From Hyphomonadaceae bacterium (GTDB lineage Bacteria > Pseudomonadota > Alphaproteobacteria > Caulobacterales > Aquidulcibacteraceae), in assembly GCA_016791385.1 (NCBI GenBank), contig JAEUMR010000032.1:1153-65152 (forward strand): a stretch of 64,000 nucleotides of DNA, read 5' to 3'. The notes under the pieces were generated by a model. That model was not told the origin of the DNA and ran no database searches. It saw only the letters and a list, made by a program, of their open reading frames with translations. Made by a program: the position numbers and the translations under genes. Shown here in pieces: positions 59,525-64,000 of this stretch. Numbering within the stretch: the stretch's first letter is position 1; each line of letters begins with the position of its first letter.

Positions 59525-59643
59525 TCTGCTCTTCGCGGCGCTCTCAACGGGTCGACGCAACACACATTGGACCCAGCGCGAAAACACCACGCCGCCTTGC
59601 GAAAATCTATCCTACACCCGCGAACCTGCGCGATACTGCGCTC

Positions 59644-59855
59644 ATCCCGCACAAGAGAGGTTCATGTGCTAGCCGAACAGCTTGAACGTGCGGGACGTGA
59701 TTGAGCGTGAGGTTGCTCGAACGAGAACCAGAGCCGGCGCGGAAGACCCCTGAAAACGCCGGGGACCAGGAGCTGGCCGCTCCATGCGCGCCGCCGGGGA
59801 TCCGCATCTAAGCGGTGAAACACCCGCCGTGAGGACCCGATGGAAAACAATCACG
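59644..59855 (+). ncRNA. Candidate multi-stem structured RNA, family not recognised
   Basis: Nested stems incl. TCCCGCAC/GTGCGGGA, CGTGATTG/CAATCACG, CCGGCG/CGCCGG; purine-rich linkers; no credible ORF. Confidence 0.5.
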
Positions 59856-59984
59856 ACGGGGCGCGTGCGCTGCGCACGGCGCTGCCGCAAGCAGCGTCGC
59901 TTTGAACTACCCCCGGCGCAGCCCACGCGCCCCGCCTCTCACTTGCAGCGTCCGCTTCCGGCGAGACGGCGCGTCCGCGCGCGC

Positions 59985-60257
59985 CTAGGTCTCAGTCCAC
60001 GTTTTGTAGTCACGCACGGCGTTGATCGTCGCCGCCGCCCAGGCGCTTCCTTTAAGCCGCGCCTGATGCGCCTCGAACGCAGCGCGGTCATCGAATGACT
60101 CGGAAACCTCGAACACGCCGCCATCTTGCTCCGTTACAACAAAGGCGCGGCAGCCAGGCTCAGCACGCGTCAGCCGCACATGCTCTTGCAACGCAGCCCG
60201 TGCGCGCGCGAGGTCTTCGGCCGGGATGGTGATCTTTCCGCTCAGATGAAACGTCAT
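59985..60257 (-). CDS. Antibiotic biosynthesis monooxygenase (ABM) family protein
   Basis: HVRLTRAEPGC..F...VSESF.D..AFEAHQ. Confidence 0.88.
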   Translation of the reverse strand: MTFHLSGKITIPAEDLARARAALQEHVRLTRAEPGCRAFVVTEQDGGVFEVSESFDDRAAFEAHQARLKGSAWAAATINAVRDYKTWTET

Positions 60258-60341
60258 GGCGGAAGCCTAAACGCAACGTCCGCTTCTGACGAGACGCGGC
60301 GTGCCCGCGCGCCTATATCTCGGACCAACGGAGAGCTTTCC

Positions 60342-61154
60342 ATGGCTGAACGCGACTACGTGCTCGGCACGCACGACGATGAAATCTACCGCCTCGGATT
60401 CCAGCATCGCGTCTGGCGCCCGCGCGCGCTCGACGCCTGGGCCCGTGCGCGCATCGGCGATGGCTGCAAAGTGATCGATTTCGGCGCCGGCCCCGGCTTC
60501 GCGACGATGGACCTCGCCGAAATGGTCGGCCCGCAAGGCGCGGTCTATGCGCTCGAACGCTCGCGCCGGTTCCTCGATACGCTGGAAGCGCAGGCCAAGG
60601 CGCGCGGCTTCACGCAAGTGAAGCCGTTTGAGGTCGATGTCGTCGCCGATCCGCTGCCGGTCTCCGGCGCCGATGCGGCCTGGGGCCGCTGGATCTTCGC
60701 CTTCCTGCCCAAGCCGAAGGAGGCGCTGAAAAAGCTGGTCGGTGCGGTCCGCCCGGGCGGGGCGCTCGTGCTGCACGAATACATCGATTACCAGACCTGG
60801 AAGCTGGCGCCCGCGGCGCCGAATTTCGAACGCTTCGTGCAGGAAGTGTCCGACAATTGGCGCGCCTCAGGCGGCGAACCGGACATCGCCCGCGACCTGC
60901 CGGCCTGGCTGACGGAAATGGGCGTCAAGATCGAAAGCCTGCGCCCGTATGTCGATGTCGTCTCCAAGGACGACAATGTCTGGCGCTGGCCGATCGGCTT
61001 TTTCGACATCCACATCGACCGCCTGCTCGAACTCAACCGCATCACGCCGCAACTGGCCAAGGACATGCGCGACGAGTTCGCGCGCGTGTCGGCTCAACCC
61101 GGCACGCTGATGGTGACGCCGCTGGTGCTCGAGATCATTGCGAGGAAGCCGTGA
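60342..61154 (+). CDS. Class I SAM-dependent methyltransferase
   Basis: YVLG...E..RL..Q, IDFGAGPG, VRPGG. Confidence 0.9.
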   Translation: MAERDYVLGTHDDEIYRLGFQHRVWRPRALDAWARARIGDGCKVIDFGAGPGFATMDLAEMVGPQGAVYALERSRRFLDTLEAQAKARGFTQVKPFEVDVVADPLPVSGADAAWGRWIFAFLPKPKEALKKLVGAVRPGGALVLHEYIDYQTWKLAPAAPNFERFVQEVSDNWRASGGEPDIARDLPAWLTEMGVKIESLRPYVDVVSKDDNVWRWPIGFFDIHIDRLLELNRITPQLAKDMRDEFARVSAQPGTLMVTPLVLEIIARKP

Positions 61155-61585
61155 GTTCCGCCCCTGAAATCCGTCCGGACCCGAAGCACGACATCGACTT
61201 CTACAAAATGACGGTGGAGGACATCGCGCGCACGAAAAACCGCCAGTATCAGATCACCTATTACTCGGCTTTGGTGACCGGCGCACTGATCGTCGCCAGC
61301 AAGATCATCTCTGAAATGCCAGAGAAATCGCTGCTGATGCTTGGACTGATCGTTGCGGGCATCACCACCAACGCAATAGCGACGACAATCTTCCAATTTC
61401 AGCTCGACGGAGCGTTGCACAAGTTTCGCACCCGGCTGCATTCAATCGGCGCAATGCTAGGGAGAGCCAACGAAGCGCCTACCCTGAAACGTTCGCGCGA
61501 CTTGCCGCTAACCTTGTATCTGGTGGCTTTTCCCTGGGCCGTCGCGCTGTTCGCCGCCTGGTATGCGGTTGAAATTCTTACCTGA
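61151..61585 (+). CDS. Hypothetical 3-TM membrane protein
   Basis: GTGA overlap with upstream stop; three hydrophobic segments; lower GC. Confidence 0.65.
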   Translation: MSSAPEIRPDPKHDIDFYKMTVEDIARTKNRQYQITYYSALVTGALIVASKIISEMPEKSLLMLGLIVAGITTNAIATTIFQFQLDGALHKFRTRLHSIGAMLGRANEAPTLKRSRDLPLTLYLVAFPWAVALFAAWYAVEILT

Positions 61586-61672
61586 CCGGCTCGCGCTTTG
61601 CGGCCGCGCAAGGCTCTACTCAGCGGCGCGGCTTAGGCGTAGGCTTGTTTTGCTTCAGCAAGGAGCATCGTC

Positions 61673-61789
61673 ATGGATGACAAGAAGCAAGCAGGCCAAC
61701 CCGGCAAAGGCATGGGTGGCGATAAAAAGCCCAGCGATCCGGGCAAGGGCAATCCGACGCCCGTGAAGCAAGGCGACAAGAAGAAGTAA
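61673..61789 (+). CDS. 38-aa hydrophilic small protein
   Basis: SD AAGGAG 7 nt before ATG; MDDKKQAGQPGKGMGGDKKPSDPGKGNPTPVKQGDKKK; hairpin downstream. Confidence 0.6.
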   Translation: MDDKKQAGQPGKGMGGDKKPSDPGKGNPTPVKQGDKKK

Positions 61790-61802
61790 TCCCGAAAACA
61801 CT

Positions 61803-61833
61803 GCGGGAGCGGCCGCCTTCGCAACCGCTCCCG
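61803..61833. terminator. Hairpin between convergent small ORF and ndk
   Basis: GCGGGAGCGG...CCGCTCCCGC stem; weak T tail. Confidence 0.5.
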
Positions 61834-61858
61834 CTCGCGTTTCGAAATTGGCGGCGTG

Positions 61859-62281
61859 TTAGCCGACGATCTCTTGGTCGCCGAAGAAGAACGCGATCTC
61901 GCGCTCGGCGTTCTCAAGACTGTCCGAGCCGTGCACCGAATTGGCTTCGATCGATTCGGCAAAGCGCTTGCGGATGGTGCCCTCGGCCGCGTTGGCCGGA
62001 TTGGTCGCGCCCATCACGTCGCGATACTTCGCCACCGCGTTCTCGCCTTCGAGCGCCTGCACCACCACCGGGCCGGAGATCATGAAGTTGACGAGGTCGC
62101 GGAAGAACGGACGCTCTTTGTGCACCGCGTAGAAGCCTTCGGCCTGGCCCTCGGACAGCCAGATGCGCTTCTGCGCAATGATGCGCAGACCCGCTTCCTC
62201 GATCACGGCGTTGATCGCGCCGGTGATGTTACGCTTGGTCGCGTCCGGCTTGATGATGGAAAGCGTGCGCTCGACGGCCAT
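61859..62281 (-). CDS. ndk: Nucleoside diphosphate kinase
   Basis: [23 protein letters not shown]. Confidence 0.98.
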   Translation of the reverse strand: MAVERTLSIIKPDATKRNITGAINAVIEEAGLRIIAQKRIWLSEGQAEGFYAVHKERPFFRDLVNFMISGPVVVQALEGENAVAKYRDVMGATNPANAAEGTIRKRFAESIEANSVHGSDSLENAEREIAFFFGDQEIVG

Positions 62282-62349
62282 GGGATTTCTGGGCTCCGGG
62301 TGAATTGGAGCCGGGTCTATAACCGGGGCCCTTCACGCCGCCAAGTGCG

Positions 62350-62634
62350 TCAGAAACAGCGCAGCGATCCGACTTTGCCGTCCACGCCAACGAAGATGTT
62401 TAGCCGCTGGGGCGAAAAATCCTGCGTCACCATCATCCCTGGGGTGATGATCCGCGTGCGCGGCGGCAGAGCGGCCCGGTCAATCTGGTCAGCTGGCGCG
62501 CCCATCAGATGACGGAACCGTGCCGCTCCGCAGCTATCCTGCGCGGTCGCTTCGTCAGGCGTTTGCGGCGCGGCTGCAGGCGGGGACGTCGTGCAGCCGC
62601 CGAGCAGCGCCAGCACGAGGATGGCCGCGCTCAT
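62350..62634 (-). CDS. I78 family peptidase inhibitor lipoprotein
   Basis: Lipobox LGGC, DSCGA, RIITPGMMVTQDFSPQRLNI, RCF. Confidence 0.9.
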   Translation of the reverse strand: MSAAILVLALLGGCTTSPPAAAPQTPDEATAQDSCGAARFRHLMGAPADQIDRAALPPRTRIITPGMMVTQDFSPQRLNIFVGVDGKVGSLRCF

Positions 62635-62948
62635 CCGCATCGCATGCTCTCCACCTTGCCGTCTGCGCCCAGCTGGATGTTGAGCCGCTCAGCGCTGTAA
62701 TCGAGCGTGACCGCGCATTGATGGCAAATGACACGGGCGCCCGCAGGCAGCGCAGAGCGATCGATCGCGGCGCCGTCTTGGCCAATCAGGGACTGGTGTG
62801 CGGCCATCTGGCAGGTGTCGGGCGCGGGCCGGCCGATCGCTTCACGCTGCTGTTGGGTCGCCAGGCGATCCAGGTCGCGATACGTCATCGGCTCGTCATT
62901 GCTGCAGGCGCCGAGCGCCAATAGAGCCCCAAGCAACAGACGCTTCAT
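62631..62948 (-). CDS. I78 family peptidase inhibitor lipoprotein
   Basis: Lipobox LGAC, DTC, VTLDYSAERLNI, RCG. Confidence 0.88.
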   Translation of the reverse strand: MKRLLLGALLALGACSNDEPMTYRDLDRLATQQQREAIGRPAPDTCQMAAHQSLIGQDGAAIDRSALPAGARVICHQCAVTLDYSAERLNIQLGADGKVESMRCG

Positions 62949-63388
62949 CCCTGTTTCTCCCAACGCCCGGAGGCGCTCTCGCGCCAATATGACGCCGCAA
63001 CGCCAGCTTCGCGCGCCTGCTTCCAGCGCGATCGCGCCAATTCCAAGGCGCGCTCGTCGCGCCCGTCGAACATGAGGCACGCCCGCTCGAACGTCGAGAT
63101 GTCGCCCGGCTCGGCGCTGTCGACCAGAAACAGCGCCTGGGCGTTGTTCGGATTTCCCGCGTCCAGCGTCAGCCACACCGGCTGGCGCGCCGGATCGCCC
63201 TCGCGCCCGTGCGGCACGAAACTGTCGTCGCGAAACGTCCAGATCGCCTCGTCGAGCTGCTCAAGCCGCTCCGGCGTGCTTGCGCGCACCAGCGCGCGCC
63301 AGCCGCGTTGCAGGCACTTCTCCAGCAACGGCGGCAGCGCGCGCTCAAGCTCGCTGCGTTCAAGATGGTAGAACCACAGTTCCGCCAT
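62945..63388 (-). CDS. holC: DNA polymerase III subunit chi
   Basis: WFYHL, LLEK, LDEAIWTF.DDSFVPHG, ARSRWK. Confidence 0.94.
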   Translation of the reverse strand: MAELWFYHLERSELERALPPLLEKCLQRGWRALVRASTPERLEQLDEAIWTFRDDSFVPHGREGDPARQPVWLTLDAGNPNNAQALFLVDSAEPGDISTFERACLMFDGRDERALELARSRWKQAREAGVAASYWRESASGRWEKQG

Positions 63389-64000
63389 CACTCCTCGAAG
63401 CGGCTGGCGATCACGCGGTTCAGCAAGCGAACGCCATAACCTGTCGCCCATGCCGGCGAGATCGGATCTTCGTAGGGCCCCGGTTTCCAAGCCGTGCCGG
63501 CAATGTCGAGGTGCGCCCACGGCGTGCCGTCTTTGATGAAACGCTTGACGAATTGCGCACCGACGATCGAGCCCGCCACCGGCTTGCCGGCGATGTTCTT
63601 CATGTCCGCGTTCGGGCTGTCGATCAGCTTGTCGTAGGCGGCGCTCAAGGGCAGGCGCCACACCGGCTCGCCCTCGGTTTGGCCCGCAGCGATAAGCGCA
63701 TTGGCGAGATCTTCGTCATTGGCGAAGAGGCCGGCGTTCTCGTGCCCGAGCGCAACGATCACGGCGCCGGTCAGCGTCGCCAGATCGATGATCGCGCTCG
63801 GCTCGTACTTGTCCTGAACGTACCAGACCGCATCAGCCAGGATCAGGCGGCCTTCAGCGTCGGTGTTCAGCACCTCGATGGTCTGGCCCGACATGGTGTG
63901 CACGATGTCGCCCGGGCGCTGCGCTTTGGCGCCGGGCATGTTCTCCACCAGCGCGACGATGCCGACGACGTTGGCCTTGGCCTTGCGCAGCGCAACCGCT
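63388..64000 (-). CDS. pepA: Leucyl aminopeptidase (3' part; 5' end beyond window)
   Basis: [24 protein letters not shown]. Confidence 0.96.
   Translation of the reverse strand, partial: AVALRKAKANVVGIVALVENMPGAKAQRPGDIVHTMSGQTIEVLNTDAEGRLILADAVWYVQDKYEPSAIIDLATLTGAVIVALGHENAGLFANDEDLANALIAAGQTEGEPVWRLPLSAAYDKLIDSPNADMKNIAGKPVAGSIVGAQFVKRFIKDGTPWAHLDIAGTAWKPGPYEDPISPAWATGYGVRLLNRVIASRFEE

Noticed and set aside
59688-59855. GTGCG start suggesting a group II intron or retron
   Set aside because: No domain V/VI sequence and no reverse transcriptase in the window.
48382-61585. Pycsar-like pairing of the class III cyclase with the 3-TM protein
   Set aside because: Genes are over 10 kb apart, separated by housekeeping genes; the cyclase has the common TolB-TPR architecture.

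Overview
GC-rich alphaproteobacterial core-genome segment. Gene content and order point to Caulobacterales (Terricaulis/Vitreimonas-like; inference). It carries about 58 CDSs, covering envelope and morphogenesis (two class A PBPs, M23 peptidase-bactofilin pair, amiC, LysM/M23, AsmA-like, BepA-like, DsbA, secDF-yajC, mlaD), redox control (senC-regB-regA), RNA/translation (rne, rnd, tyrS, aspS, prfB with +1 frameshift), and storage/nucleotide metabolism (phaZ, ppk1-ppx, hdaA, purM/N, ndk, holC, pepA). No rRNA, tRNA, CRISPR, prophage or transposase was seen. Most notable: (1) a full-length class II ribonucleotide reductase homologue that has lost its catalytic cysteines but keeps tandem NrdR boxes and a well-conserved C-terminal TSCPD/zinc-ribbon region; (2) an unexplained ~210-nt multi-stem candidate ncRNA at 59644-59855; (3) a C-rich-loop candidate sRNA at 626-742 next to three DnaA-box-like sites; (4) two inverted CGTC-type palindromic repeats bracketing purN and a compositionally atypical gene; (5) an unannotated 38-aa protein. 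Family calls come from motif recognition by eye, not database searches.
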